From the NCBI GenBank assembly GCA_003693705.1, contig RBZT01000267.1, positions 124,001-188,000 of the forward strand: a DNA stretch of 64,000 nucleotides, given 5' to 3'. The translations under genes and the position numbers were made by a program. Positions 23,524-36,856 of the stretch are shown here, one piece after another (positions within the stretch are counted from its first letter, which is position 1; the number at the start of each line of letters is the position of its first letter). A model generated the notes under the pieces. That model was not told where the DNA came from and ran no database searches. It was given only the letters and a program-made list of their open reading frames with translations. The stretch is from Polymyxa betae A26-41 (lineage: Eukaryota; Protista; Endomyxa: Phytomyxea).

Positions 23524-24897
23524 ATGGAGGTGACGGTATCAGCGCCAGCCAGGCCCAGCGTGGACGAGGCGCTGGCCATAACGGCGGCGGCCATGTCGTC
23601 TATAGCGGCGCTGCGACTGGCGGTCATGGACGTATTCGAGTCGTGGAAGACAGGGTTCGCTGGTCCCGGGACACGGCCAGCATCCGGCCCACATGAATCG
23701 CTTTTCATCACCATCATACAACAGCGGAAGAAATCCATCGACGATGCCCTCGATAATTTTCGCCAATCCATGCTGAAAGTCAAAGGTTTGGGCGTCTCAT
23801 TCTTTTGTCCCTACAATAATTGCTCTTAGAACTACCGCCTGTATCGCCCAACGATTTTCCATACGCTGTGAACCTGTTTAGAAGGTTACTTAAACCGTCG
23901 TTTTTGAACCCAGAATCCTCATTCTGATGGGGACGTTTTAGAGCGCCGGAACCGACTCGGGTTTTCGCGTTTGAGGCTGTCTCACCCGATCCCATCGCTC
24001 GATCACATATTTCGGTGGCAACATTGACCAGGTTGTCATGCTGCTCCCGAGCCGTCATATATTGCTGACGACTTCTTCGATAGGGTGACGAAGATGGCGC
24101 AGGATTTCAGCCTCGAGTCACGGTTTCGCGACAGAACTGTACCGGCGTCGCCATTGCTGCCCGACATGTTCGACTCTCTATATAGTGCTCGTATCGATTT
24201 GGCTGATTTCTGTTTCAGGACGGGAGGTTCAATCGATGAGCTCTTACCGAAACTGACCGAGCAGTACCCGAAATTAATAATCGGCTGCGATGCGAAGCCC
24301 GGTTCCGGATGCCAGATATCGGTGCGCCTCTAAAATGCTCGGTTGCATTCGGAGTCATGAATGTCGTGTGCAGATCGAGTGCCCGAACACGTTCGTGTTG
24401 ATTTTGGGATTATCAGCCAAGTCGACGGGCGCTGATCAGAGCGTGACATCTTGGCAGCTGGATCGGCTGAACGTTCTGGGCTGTGATGAGCGGCCTGACA
24501 GTCGCCTCTGGGCAACATCCAAGCACGATACATTCCGGAAATGGGTCCTTATCTGTCGGGCTGTGTTCGCCGCCCTACAACAGAATCAAGATGATTTTGT
24601 CTGCGTTCTGGCATCCTTCACGGTTCGTCATATTCGCTGCCTTTTCCTGCTTTTGCTTGAATTCGAGCCACGAATCGTTTTTAGAAAACAATTTTTCTTC
24701 CCAACTTGGGAGCGATCTAACGTGGTTGACAGGAATGGATCTCACATTTCGATGAGCTGTTTCAGACACCCTGTTCATCGTGCCGTCGGATACTTTTCCA
24801 CGATTCCGACGAGTTCGGTTTCGTGCCGCCTCTGTTCCGGACATTGGATAAACTTCGGCCGTACCATCCCCAATGTTATCACGATTTCAGGACGTGA
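23524..24897 (+). CDS. MED27: Mediator complex subunit 27
   Basis: LWATSKHDTFRK and last exon LFQTPCSSCRRIL...VPPLFR...YHPQC match the MED27 C-terminal Zn module (LFQAPCQRCGKFL...PPTWR...FHDTC). Confidence 0.8.
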
Positions 24898-24933
24898 TGT
24901 GTCAAATTCACACAAATACATTTATCGATACCG

Positions 24934-27900
24934 TTATTTAGATTTATGTAATGGTTTCAGGTGTTTCAATATGAAAGCATTGAGGCGATCTTCTAGTGGT
25001 ATGAAGGGATTTCTTACAGGTTGGTAGAAGCAGCTGAAGCAGGTTATCACTTGACAGAATTGAGGCAGTAATAGACCTGGCATCTCTCCTCCATCCACCG
25101 ATCGACATGACGTCACCTGACAACCAAACTGAAAACTCGTCAATTCACCGAACGAATCCCATCAACCTGATTGAAGATTATGATCATATCCTGCAGCGAT
25201 ATTCCAATATCGATCAATTTGCTCTGATTCCAGAACTATCACATCTTGTTAAGTTGCATAGCTAGCTTAACATCGTCCCAAACCTGTTGCAGTTCGTGCA
25301 TTTCCATCTTCAGCAACGTGGTCGCATTACGAACTGATTGTTTACAATAATGCGCGAACACATTTTTCAGCAAAGCTCGATGAGTACTGAAAACGTGGTG
25401 AACAGGCCCAATTGATATCTGTGTGCTGTCCATTACATCCACAAGATCCTTCTATCTGCAAACTTACCTGATGAAGCCAGTCAGGGCCACTCTCCTCGGT
25501 CGTATTCGCCTCCAGCAGAATACGGTCGAGCGCCTCTGCAATAGGTGTATTTGTCGTATGAATGGCTCTGGTTACTCGGATCAATACGGCTATGGGCTGA
25601 ATATCAATGATGATGATCAACGAAAATGACACTGATTGGATACCTTGCCATTGAATCAGGGCAATATCATTCATGAGATATTCCTGAGGCCAGTATTCCG
25701 TCAATATTCAGTATGGTTCTAGTTGCCTCAGAACGCTCACATCAATAAGTTTGGGGATGGAGGTCGCCCTGCCAGCATGATCATCATAACGTCTAGCAAC
25801 ATCAACCCATATATGAGCCACCTATATAGTATCAGCTCCCAAGTCATATTCACATTACAACCAGGATTTGGTGTCGTACGCGTCCCATGGGGAGCTGGAG
25901 GTCGGCGCCCGACGACGTACTGCTCCAGGACCGGATCATGTCCGAGAACAGGAACCAGGTCATGGATCCACCTCCTCCTGTGTGTCTCATGATTAACAAC
26001 AACATTCCGAGGTCCAGTATGCAACACGCCCGACCATCCCGGTCATACTGGCTGTACAGGCGCCGTACTGCTCCAGCCCGTCGTCGCAGGACATGGTATA
26101 CCTCGGCAGGATCTAATTCGGGATCACCGCCCAGCATTGCTGACAGTCTCGCCTATATACCCATGAATACAGGGACACGATATCCAGCGCTCTCGTACAA
26201 AAGATTCGTCATCCGTTGGTGTTCGACGTGATTCTCTACAACGTTGTTGGTCTCTATGCAGAGCTTGCAGGAGCTCCATACTGGCATCAGATAGGATCTC
26301 GTTTTGACATCGAACTAAATCACTATATGACTCCCATTCCTGTACATGAATCTATCATATCTGTGGTCACTGGATATCAAGACATACACGAATGATGACA
26401 GATCGGACGGAGGACAAGATCTCTGGGATTTGTGATAACGTATGTCGAGTTGATGATAATGATAAATCAGATCTCAATGATGATACCCAGGTCACAATCT
26501 ATATCTTAATGCATTAGATGACTGAATGTGTTAGATGATTAAGCCGATTACATCATGATATGATTGAATCAGTGACACATCTTGGAATAGGTTCGGGGTT
26601 GTCTGTGATATTGCCAATGAACTCGTCATTGGTATTAACACATCCATTAATAACGCCTATCATAGACTTTGTCAGATCACCTGCTGTATATAGCTGAGTG
26701 ATGATTAAGTGACCTTGATCACAATTGAGTTCACATGTAGTCCCTGAATCAATCGAATCAAACTGCAACTATCTCCTTCCAGTAAGACGGACGCCCTAAT
26801 CATTAGAATCAGTATGTAAGGGGCAGGGTCGTATTATCATGAACCTGTTTAAAGACTCGGTACTTGTCATATCCCATTTCGGATCTGTAGACAGAGCAGC
26901 AGCTCTTGCTTGCAAACGTCTATTAATGAATAATATTGGGGATAGATTTGGCCCAGGACTGAATCCCATAAAATTCTGTCGATGAACACCAATATCCAAC
27001 CAGGATAAATGCCGATTCAGATGCGATACGAACAGTTGTGAGACCAACCGTTTCATGGCACCAATCTGCACAATATCAATCAGCGAATGGCATGAATCAG
27101 CCGTACTGGCGCCCCCCGTACGAGATGGGCGTGCATGGCGAACTTGGGTCCCAATTTCGTGACAGCTGCTGATAGTCTTGCTTGATGAACCCTTGTCCCT
27201 TTATATGCAGTATGAATAGTATATAGATGTGTATTAGCAGCATGTAGTTGATCATGAATACGACTTAATTCACTATATGCAGCACCATGTTCAACATCTA
27301 TCACATCACCCGCATGTTCAGCATCTATCACATGACGTTCATTGCGATCCTGAACGCCCAAGACGCATCATCATCAGTTCAAGGTCATGATGATGGGTAC
27401 AGAGACGGATTACGTTCAGTCGCTGGATCTTGGCGATTCTCCATCGTTGCCAGGCCGATAGTATCCGACCATGATCTAACAGATGACGACGTCCTTCACT
27501 ACGACTCAACAGATATCGCTTCAACTTGGTCAATATTCGCTGCGGGACCATGTTAGGGCGTGGTTTGCGAGTCGCTGGGCCCGTAAGACCGACCTTGTTG
27601 CTGTCGACCTGCAGATGCCAGGTCCGGAACACGATCGTAACGATTCGTCGTGCGTATCGACTGGTCTGATAATTGATGACGAACATCTTGCGGCTCTCAA
27701 AATCACGGAACTCGCCTGGTGTGATTTTCACCTATTGATGATAATGAGAAGGTTGTTAAAGGCGTCTGATAACTCAGACAGACCTGAGAGATACGACGTT
27801 GTACAGATTTGAGACGATATGATAGAGCTGGATATCGATTAAAATATGTGCAGGTATCGATCAAATCTTGTAAACGAGGACGAACACGATTAATTGGACC

Positions 27901-28387
27901 TTGATAGATAGATAGAAGCATCTCATTACGAAGTAGATGTAATATCTGTTAATGAATGTGAGATATTAATGGTATTGGTCTCTAGAGCAGATCATCACCT
28001 GACGTAATGATACAGATCTAACAGAATCACTGATACATTCTAATAGATCGAGACTAATAGCCGTCTTAATAGCATTAACACGACCCAATCGTAATGTCAT
28101 GATATCGATCTCACCCATCTATTTGCAATCATCAGACACTCTCATCTCAAGCAATAAACAGCACGAGCTTGGTTCTGAGACAAATGTTCTCATTCCAATA
28201 TCACCTTGATCATGCAGAATAATGATGCAGAATGATACGACTTTCTCTCTTGATTATATTTTGTTATCCATGATTGCAGCATCATATTAATAATATTCGC
28301 ATCATCCATATGAGTTAATGTCTCATTAAGAACTATCACATTCTCTATACTATGATGACGTTGATGACGTCCACCACCACCCAACAT
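24934..28387 (-). CDS. Large multi-exon hypothetical protein (possibly more than one gene)
   Basis: Chain of minus-strand ORFs separated by intron-sized gaps; helical segments such as VFAHYC and RRLYSQY; no family recognised; boundaries approximate. Confidence 0.45.
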
Positions 28388-29317
28388 CTAGAAGGCAGAT
28401 CAAGGAGAATCAGCTCCCCAGATACTACATGAGTACGATGATCGATGAATCTCCTGCATTTCATCAATGTCGTCATTTGTTCATTAGCCGAACCTGTAGC
28501 CGGTTTCCAGAAACCCTTTTGAAGATCAGACGTGGCAAAATAGGCTTCATTGATTGCTTATAGAGTAGACTTAATCAACATTCAATATCTGATAATTTGA
28601 CGTTTTCTGTATTTTTAATATGACAAATGTTGAACAAGTTTGATGATTCTCTTGAAGCACATTCATTTCAAGATTCAGCTGCTGCAATAACAGCAGGCCA
28701 ATTGCTAATGTGTACACCTAAGAAACTCGAACTCAAACAAAGGGTGGGAGTAGAGCTCGCATCCCATGTTTTGGGATGCCTTTTATCGTTGCAGGGAGCT
28801 GTTGTCCTCAAACAATAAACCCATTCTACTTTTCGCGGGCTTGAGTCAAATGATATCGCGCCCAGGAATTCATGAAATGAACTTGCTTATGAAGTTCTAA
28901 GGAAGGTATTGCAGAGAACAGCTATTACATGACCAATATCATCTTGCACATAACTGCCTCTTATCCAATTCCAATTGTTACCCAATGCCCCAGCGCTAAC
29001 TTAGCGCCTTTACATAACGGGAATCGGCTTGTCGATAACCCTGTCATATCAACCTACCAAGAGATCACATTGTCTAACTGATTCTAATGAGGCGACAGCC
29101 CTTGAAAACAGATGTATAGAGTGATGTTGTCATCCAGACGAATTGGATGTCTAACTACATTGTCATTCTCTATCTATTTATACATCAAAGATGAATATTT
29201 TTCATAAAATCTGGCTCGAGTGGGTTGCGCCTGTGACTGGATGTTCGCTCTCTCAGTGCGCAGTTTGTGTGCGGCCTCTCTCTCTTGATCGGACATTGTT
29301 ATTGATCTTTGACCTTC

Positions 29318-29334
29318 TGTGTGTGTGTGTGTGT
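29318..29334. repeat. (TG)8 microsatellite
   Basis: tgtgtgtgtgtgtgtgt about 45 nt upstream of the ZC3H3-like start. Confidence 0.9.
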
Positions 29335-29379
29335 TGGTTTCGTTTGAGAAAGGATTCCAGTAGATCTCCCATATTGTCA

Positions 29380-30851
29380 ATGTCTATGATTCAGGATAAT
29401 GTTGCTGCTGCTAAGCGACTCTCACAGCTTCGACAAGCCATTCAGAACCGACGCTCCGGGGTCGTTACGCCACGGTCAACTGCCTCTAGAGTCCCATGCA
29501 GATTCTATACTCGTGGGCTCTGTAAGCGGTCGGCCTCGTGTCCATTCGATCATTCTCAACGATTACCGAATGCTTCGAAGCCAATTACTTTAGCCGTAGT
29601 AAAACGAACGGTATGTTTCATTCAATGATTTGCTCGAATGGATCATAATGTCGGTCAGCGATCATCGGTTTCTTCTCCTGAGAGCCGTTTAAAGCTACTA
29701 AATGATCTTTTAACTTCACATCGTCAGCAACGGATTCAGAAAAAGTCAGCTCTGTCAGTTTGTGAGCGCCTGCGATCTAATTCTTTCTTAGGGTTGTAAT
29801 TACCTCGACCGCTGCTGCAGCATTAAATCGCTTGCAAGCGGCAACTAAATCCATGTCCTGGGTTCGTGCTGGATTCACACCTCAAACTCACATCAAAACC
29901 AAATCCGTTCAACGTGAGATAGTCTGCATGAATCGTCTTTCGACTCATTGATTTATCTGTTAGCCGCTCCCAAACCCAAATCTTTGATCATTAACGGAAT
30001 TCGATTTCGTTTATCGAAATGCGGTCGTAGTCTGGTTAGATGTCCTGACAGCTCCCAATCTCCTACTCCTGTTCAGCCTGTCAAGATTATTCCGAGTCGA
30101 GTTCAGTTGAATGGTATCGAGTTCATGAAGACATCCACAGTACGACCATATCAAATTCTGCATCTCGCTTGTATGCGTATTTTCGCTTTAGGGTGCTCTA
30201 GTTCGTTCGTCAGTGCAGGGTACTCGTCGTACTGCGTCGCAGCGTTTAAAACGAAGCTTGCAGCTGGTACGTAATAAGAAACTGGACAAGAGGAAGCAGC
30301 GGCTCTGCATGTTTTTCTGTAGATTCGGTATCTGGCGGTTGTGTAGACGGATCCATTCTCTGAACTGATCGGAACAGGGTTCTGTAAGCTTGATAACATG
30401 TGCCCATTCATTCACGACACATCCAAAGTCGCCATTTGTCGCAGCTTTATCCTGAATGGTGTTTGCTCATCACCGGAGACGTGCCTACTGTCTCACACTC
30501 TCGATCGTAATAAGATGCCCGAATGCAGCCATTTCATCAAGGTCAGTGTCGCTTTGCTAATGTTGGGCTTCATTTGAAGGAGTACAGGGACTTTGTGCTA
30601 AAGGGGATTTCTGCCCTTATCGTCACGTTAAGGTCAGCGAAGACGCTGCTTTCTGTCAAGATTTCATCAGGGGTCTGCTAGTTCGCATCGGTTTGTTCTA
30701 ATATTGATTGTTGTTTTGCATTGAATTAGGGTATTGCTCCAAAGGCGAGCAGTGCAAGCTCAGACATGCATACACTTCGAGAAGAGAAAAACCAGCGTCT
30801 GCTCAGGTTGATATTGAGAGATCAACTGAATCAGATAGGGAAAACGTTTGA
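29380..30851 (+). CDS. ZC3H3: CCCH zinc-finger protein, ZC3H3/SMICL/Red5-like
   Basis: One N-terminal CCCH plus five C-terminal ones: CMFFCRFG.C...CPFIHDTSKVAIC, CLLSH, MPECSHFIKGLC, CPYRHVKVS, CQDFIRGYC..GEQCKLRH. Confidence 0.8.
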
Positions 30852-30863
30852 TTATTTCCATTA

Positions 30864-32784
30864 TGGGGGCAGGCAAAAGTTGTTTTTGACAGGCTCTCCT
30901 GTTGACAGCAACTCGTTTTTTGGTCTTGTTTTTTGGTATAGACATGCAACTACCTGCTCTTGCGATAATGGAATTCCACGCTGCTCTTTATATCCACTAT
31001 ATATACCACACATACCTAGTAATTTTCCTCATAAATTTATCTGTTCATTTCATTCCAATAAATTCGTGTCTTTGATTGTGCGACCCTTCCTTAATCGCCC
31101 TTTCAGTGTAGCTAGTTCTTGTAAGGCATGAACTAGACTGATCTCCATATCGTAAAATCTGCCTTCTAACGCCTTGTGCGCTGGCTCGTGACATTCTCCC
31201 TGTCCACAAGGTTTCCTCATGAATCTTGAAATCCAGCAGTTAATTTTTAGCCTCAACAGGTAATGAAACTAAATGACCTCATATAACTATTGTAAGCAGA
31301 TTGTATGCGCTTCCGGCGCCAATGACTTTGAATGACAGTTGCAGCCACTGTTTTTAGATTGACCCTCGAAGAAGCAGATACACCAATATCCGGTACTGAA
31401 AGTGAATCGTTTAAGAACCTGTTACATTTCAGGTTCTCAAAATTTTCAGTATCGGGTGGTGAAAATGTGACGTCAATACCGAATTCTTGACAGAAACCGA
31501 AGTCGGATTTCGTCAAAATTAGTAAACCCCTCTGAATGGTTCTTGTTAACCGTGATCAACTCTGATGAAGAGCGCTCATCTAAGTTTCCTTGCAACTGCC
31601 TGAACTTAGATTCCGATTTCAACTCAATAGGACAGGCTGTTTGAAGATATTCCTGAAGAGATAGTTCATGACCTGCATCAAGTAGCTGAAGAAGCTTGGA
31701 TGAAAGGTCATGACAGTTTTCTTCGCAGAACATTTGTTGACCTTCCTGCCTACATCATCCATTGAACACCAGAAGACGACCGGAAAAGGCAATCAAACTG
31801 TTCAATTGCACTTGGCAGAAATCCATCGACGTTTTTTATCGCAGGAAGAACGAAGCAAATGAAAGAGCGATAACTGTAATTGTTTCGAACAGCTGTAACA
31901 ATGAAGGGATTTCCTTCTGCAACGACATCAAAAATGTTGTGGATGGGAAATGCAACAGTGTTACCACAGTTAATGGACTGCAAAGAGTTAAGACCAGAGA
32001 GAAAGGTTAACGACTGGATATTGTTGAGAGAATTGCTTGAGATGTCAAATGATCGGATCGATTGAGGTAATAGATCCGATACACCATGTAAGGTGCAGAT
32101 GAAGTTGGAGGATACGTCCAAATTCTAAGTCAGCACTCAACTGTAAACTTAAAACCGACAATGGCAATAGTGGGTACTTCAAGAGCGTGACTGGGAGAAA
32201 GGTCTTCAATTTCTTCGAGCTCGTTGTAAGACAGGTTGAGGTCGCGTAGCTGTCGAAGATCGGATAATCCTGAAAGCTTACTGATTGAATTATGGGATAG
32301 ATCAAGATGTTGCAACGAGTGAAGCCCTTGAAACCCTAGCAAACCATGATTACTTCAAACTACTATTGAAACAGTAAGATGTACCTTCAACTGTATGTAT
32401 GGAATTGTGAGATAATATTAATACACGAAGCTCGGTAAGGTTCTGAAATGGGCTGTTATGCAACGTATAGATGTTGTTCCTAGACAGATCCAGATGCTGT
32501 AAATTACAGAGAATCGAAGGGAAAACATCCAACTGAGAGAGCAAATTCCCATCTATAAACAAGCTCAGCTGCAAGCTACTAAATAAAACAGTCGCTGTGA
32601 CCAAGTAAAAGCTGTTGAGTGTGGCTATCAGCAACCTGCTGCAGGATCTGAATCGAATCAAGTCTATGAGCTGCAGCAATGTCAAGAGGAGCAGGGAGAT
32701 ACGAGACCTTAACGAACCTGACAGAGATAGCTGTCTAGTATTAGATGAAGATTGTAGCTCACAGATCTCATCATATTGAGACAT
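30864..32784 (-). CDS. LRR + IQ-motif protein, CEP97/LRRIQ-like
   Basis: LxxLxLxxN repeats, LRR cap (GNPF...YRSFICFVLPAIKNVDG) and IQ-like AATVIQSHWRRK; 3' end approximate. Confidence 0.7.
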
Positions 32785-32916
32785 AACAATAACTGATCAT
32801 ATAGTAACATAAGCAATCAAGTGATACTGAAACACATGACAACAGCTCTATTTAGATCAAATTCCAGTTAGCACTTGCAGCTAAGTCGCTGCCAAACAGC
32901 AGCAAAAAAACTCGGC

Positions 32917-33195
32917 CCGTGATAACGAAGGACAGGCATGACCCTATTACATAGCAGCACCAATGACGCAATGTACAGCGGATGCAAATGGTTTTATTAC
33001 ATTTGAAAAAGCGTAATAGCTGATATGAACCAAGAAAAGCAGCATGGCACTAAAACGGGGCCTGGAATTGAAAAACGACTTCTGCTGATAAAAGTCTGAC
33101 CAGGAATGGAGCTCTTTTAACTCAGATTTGCCCACAATTCGGGAAAGGGTGTCCGCTGCCTGATTATTTTTGGAAGGGCGTCGGCGAAGCGCCCC
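32917..33195 (+). ncRNA. Candidate Sm-class (snRNA-like) RNA
   Basis: 10-bp long-range helix, then ATTTTTGG (33166-33173) and a GC-rich 3' hairpin. Confidence 0.4.
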
Positions 33196-33232
33196 TAAAC
33201 CAAACCAAGCCTTTATTGAGTAGTTCAGGAAT

Positions 33233-33749
33233 TTATTTCAGAGGAATGAATCGGGAGGAGTTGGTAGCTCCAATACCGGGACGACCATGTTGAACAGGCT
33301 TGTAGGTAAGAGAGAATTCACCCAGGTAGTGTCCAACCATATCGGCCTTGATTTCGACATGCCCGAACGCCTTGCCGTTGTAGACACCGACGACGCTGCC
33401 GACCATCTCGGGAACAACAATCATGTTGCGAAGGTGGGTGTTGACAGCGACAGGCTTCTCGTTGACACCGGCAGCCTTCTTGGCCTTTCGCAGGCGTTTG
33501 ATCAGACCCATAGGCTGGGCCTTCAAGCCACGGTTCAGACGACGACGAACACGACTGGGGAAGAGCTCGAGGAGCTCAGATCGCTGGCGACCGATCAGAT
33601 CCTGAACTTCAATACCACGGTAGAAGAACTTCTTGTTCGACTGGCGCTTAACGAAGCCGGTCTGCTCGGCAGCGGTGGATTCTTCGACGTCAGACTACGC
33701 AGCATGTTAGCGATGAGATCAAGACACAGAACACACAAGGCGATACCAT
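33233..33749 (-). CDS. RPS15: 40S ribosomal protein S15 (uS19)
   Basis: ATG-only first exon, intron 33695-33746; [55 protein letters not shown]. Confidence 0.97.
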
Positions 33750-34043
33750 GGTTGGCAGGATTCGGAATGATCAAGGAGCGAATCTGAGCGCAATCGGACT
33801 CCGTGGCGCCGATTTTCCAATTAGCGCACCCTTCATATATTCGCTCAGGCTGGTCCAGAACATGATTGAAAAGATCGAGAACGAGGACTGAAACCATTGC
33901 TGGACCGCCCGATATTTGATCATTGAGGTGACGCGCGATTATGATCTGGTCCAGATTTTAGGGAGCGTGCCGAATATGATTTGTTAGAACCGACCTTGTA
34001 AGTTAAACTAATATCGATTTCTTGGAGGCGAACCTGAGAGCGA

Positions 34044-36836
34044 ATGGCACCGAGACATTCATCAGTATGTGTTTATGGGTGACTGCTTACAAATATATTG
34101 ACTGTGATTGTTAGCAAGCGAATACATTGGCAGGGCCCCCTGCCCAGCGGTCACTAGAGTCTCTACAGGGACGATTAAGACAATATCTTCGTGATATGGA
34201 GATGGCACCTGAGACAACATCTCCACAATATTCGTTGCAGATCCTACATGATGTTATCCAAGAATTCTCATCATTTGCTTCTTCAGACGATCGCAATCTA
34301 CTTAGGGTTAGCTTCAAGCTGTCTGGAATCGGATACGTTGTTAATACGATGGTTTACAGCAGGATCCAATTAGGACAATAGCAATGAGAAGATCAGAAGT
34401 TGATGAGAGAAGGCTTAGTGTTGATGATGGTGTACATAAAGAAGGTGGAGCGCTTGGTCTCTTATATTGTTGATGGAATCTAATACTGATTCAGATGAAG
34501 AAGGGCATGTTAGAGATACATACAGGAATGATGCAGATGAGGATATTGTTGATTACGGGACTGAAGAATCATGCCTAACCGATGAAGAAGACGACGACGA
34601 CTTCGATATGCTCATTGACATTGAAAATGAATCTGTATAGAATTCAGCAAATATTGCCTGGCTTTGTCCGGTCAGATCGTGTAATTCATAAATAATACGA
34701 AATGTACAACGACTTTGCAATGCTGTAGAACGGAAGCGACAACAATACAACGCGTCCTTGAGACCCTTCGTTCATGCAACATCACAGAAGTAATGACTTG
34801 GTAGATATTATAGAAACTTCCTGACCTACAGAATCCCGAATGCGACAAACTTGCAGAGAGTAGCCGCACGTCATGATCAGCCAGTTATAGGTCAATGTCC
34901 ATTCAATGAGGAATGTTGACACTCAGGTCCGGGACCAGATTCAATCTCTGATAGAATCGCACCATGATCTTTACCGGCAACTTTATCAGCAATGCCAGCA
35001 GAAAGAGCTTGAAAAGACCCTATGTCGGCAGGTAGAATCACAGATTCAAAAACAGAAAGCAGAGTATGAGCGTCAGCAAGAAATTGCCAAGTAGGCCATG
35101 ATGGATGCCAACGTTATCTGCTTATTCTGACATCATAACGACAGAAATCTGTCAGAAGAATTCAATCATTGGAACGAACAGGCAAATAACCTGAGAGCAG
35201 GCAATCGAGCTTTATCGGATCGAATCAAACGATTGCGATCGTCAATGGCAATGTCACCAGCACGATCACGTCCACCGTTGAAAAAAATACCGAACAGGTC
35301 ATTGACAGAAGCAATGAAAGCGGCGCCAGCAAAACGCAAGCTGGATGTGATGGTCAGTGACGAGACACCACCTGGAACGAGATCGCAGGCAATTTTCGAA
35401 GAGTTTTTTGTAATCAGTAGCGACCTGTCCAATTTGGGTTTGGGCAACTTGCCGGACGAATCGATCCGATGCTGGCAATCGACGCCCGGAGTGTGGTTCA
35501 GATATGGGCTAAGTCCATGTTTGGCGCTGGATCCGGTAACCTTCAGATGCTGATGTTGAATGAACACAACTAAAAGGACAAGATTATAGGCGCAGGTCGT
35601 AGCGTTTGTTTGTCCTTCAGGGCGAGTAAGCGTTAACTCCTAATCGATTCGGTATCGCAATTGAGAGATCCCGGGCAGGTTCAACTCCGGGCCGGGACTG
35701 AAGGTCCCAAGGCTGCTGAACATGACTTCGTGTTCGCGACACAGCTGACGACAGCTGACCAAGAGCTCGTCCAGATGTATGGAGTCTGCATAATCCAATC
35801 CGAGATTATCACGATTGTGAACGATAAACAACACCTGGTTTACTGTACAGCTGATGTTAGAATTAGGTGAATCCTCGATCAGGACGTCAAATACGTCTAC
35901 ATGCCGATGTCAGATACTGTCTGACAACTAGATACCCCTTAGTGGATTTCCATATTGCTCTGATCCACAACCTTATAGGTTTGCTTCACAAAAAATCATG
36001 AAATCGTCATAATCGAATCATAGCCGTTCGACAACGATTTCGACTCGGGGACCATTCCGTCCAGATTGTTGGCCCGAACTTGAGCCGTTCGCTGGTAAGC
36101 GAATGGGATCAGGGTGGAAGCCTCGATCTCCTCCATCAGATCAGCCGGGCCTCCGTACCGGCCCACGACCAGCAGCTTCGCATCGAATCCAGTCTAATTC
36201 CGGGACCAGTATTACTGATGCGGCCTGCACACGATTCGATATCGATTGTGACATGGGCGGCCCGGTTTGTTGCCAGTTCGTGCATCAGAGCGTCGCTGAT
36301 TTTGCTGCAACAGGAAGGTGCTGGGCAGAATATCAGCCCGAATCCTAATGCAGCTTATTGAGGCCGTATTAAGGGAAATGAGCATCATCATTGTGGGTCA
36401 AGATCTCGGTCAGATATCGGCCTGGGCTCTCTATCTGACAGCTGCCATCCATCCACTGCAATGGGTTGGAGTATTTCTACCTGTCCTCCCTGATCGATTG
36501 GCAGACTTCCTACAATCGCCAGTGCCGATTATTGCAGGTGTCCGATACCTGCCTGATTCAATGCAGTCCCAAAGCGGTTTTGTCATCTGGAGACCGGAAT
36601 CGAATCAGGTCTGGACCGAAGACCCATTACCACAGCTGACAGACCCCGGACTGAGATGTGAGGAGTTGATCAAGCCCCTGATGGAGACAGGTGTAGAGCA
36701 GATGATAATGGAGAGGTTGCATGATACCATCTCTCAGTATATTATTGATATGATAGAGAAAAGTAAGAGTGATCCCGCATATATATATTATCAACAGACA
36801 CAGATTATGACACATTATATACATACACATCAATAG
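34044..36836 (+). CDS. DENN-domain protein with N-terminal coiled coil
   Basis: IFEEFFVI, FVCPSG, FVFATQ...MYGVC, AVLREMSIIIVG, HPLQWVGVFLPVLP..LADFLQSPVPIIAGV (cDENN). Confidence 0.85.
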
Positions 36837-36856
36837 ATATCAGATATCTTCATCAC

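Noticed and set aside
33090-33130. AAAAGTCTGA / AACTCAGATTT as RNase P P4 helix, or GCTCTTTTAAC as U5 loop I
   Set aside because: The strands are only about 22 nt apart (P4 spans hundreds of nt) and the loop deviates from the invariant GCCUUUUAC.
33287-33787. 166-aa plus-strand ORF
   Set aside because: Antisense shadow of the codon-biased RPS15 gene.
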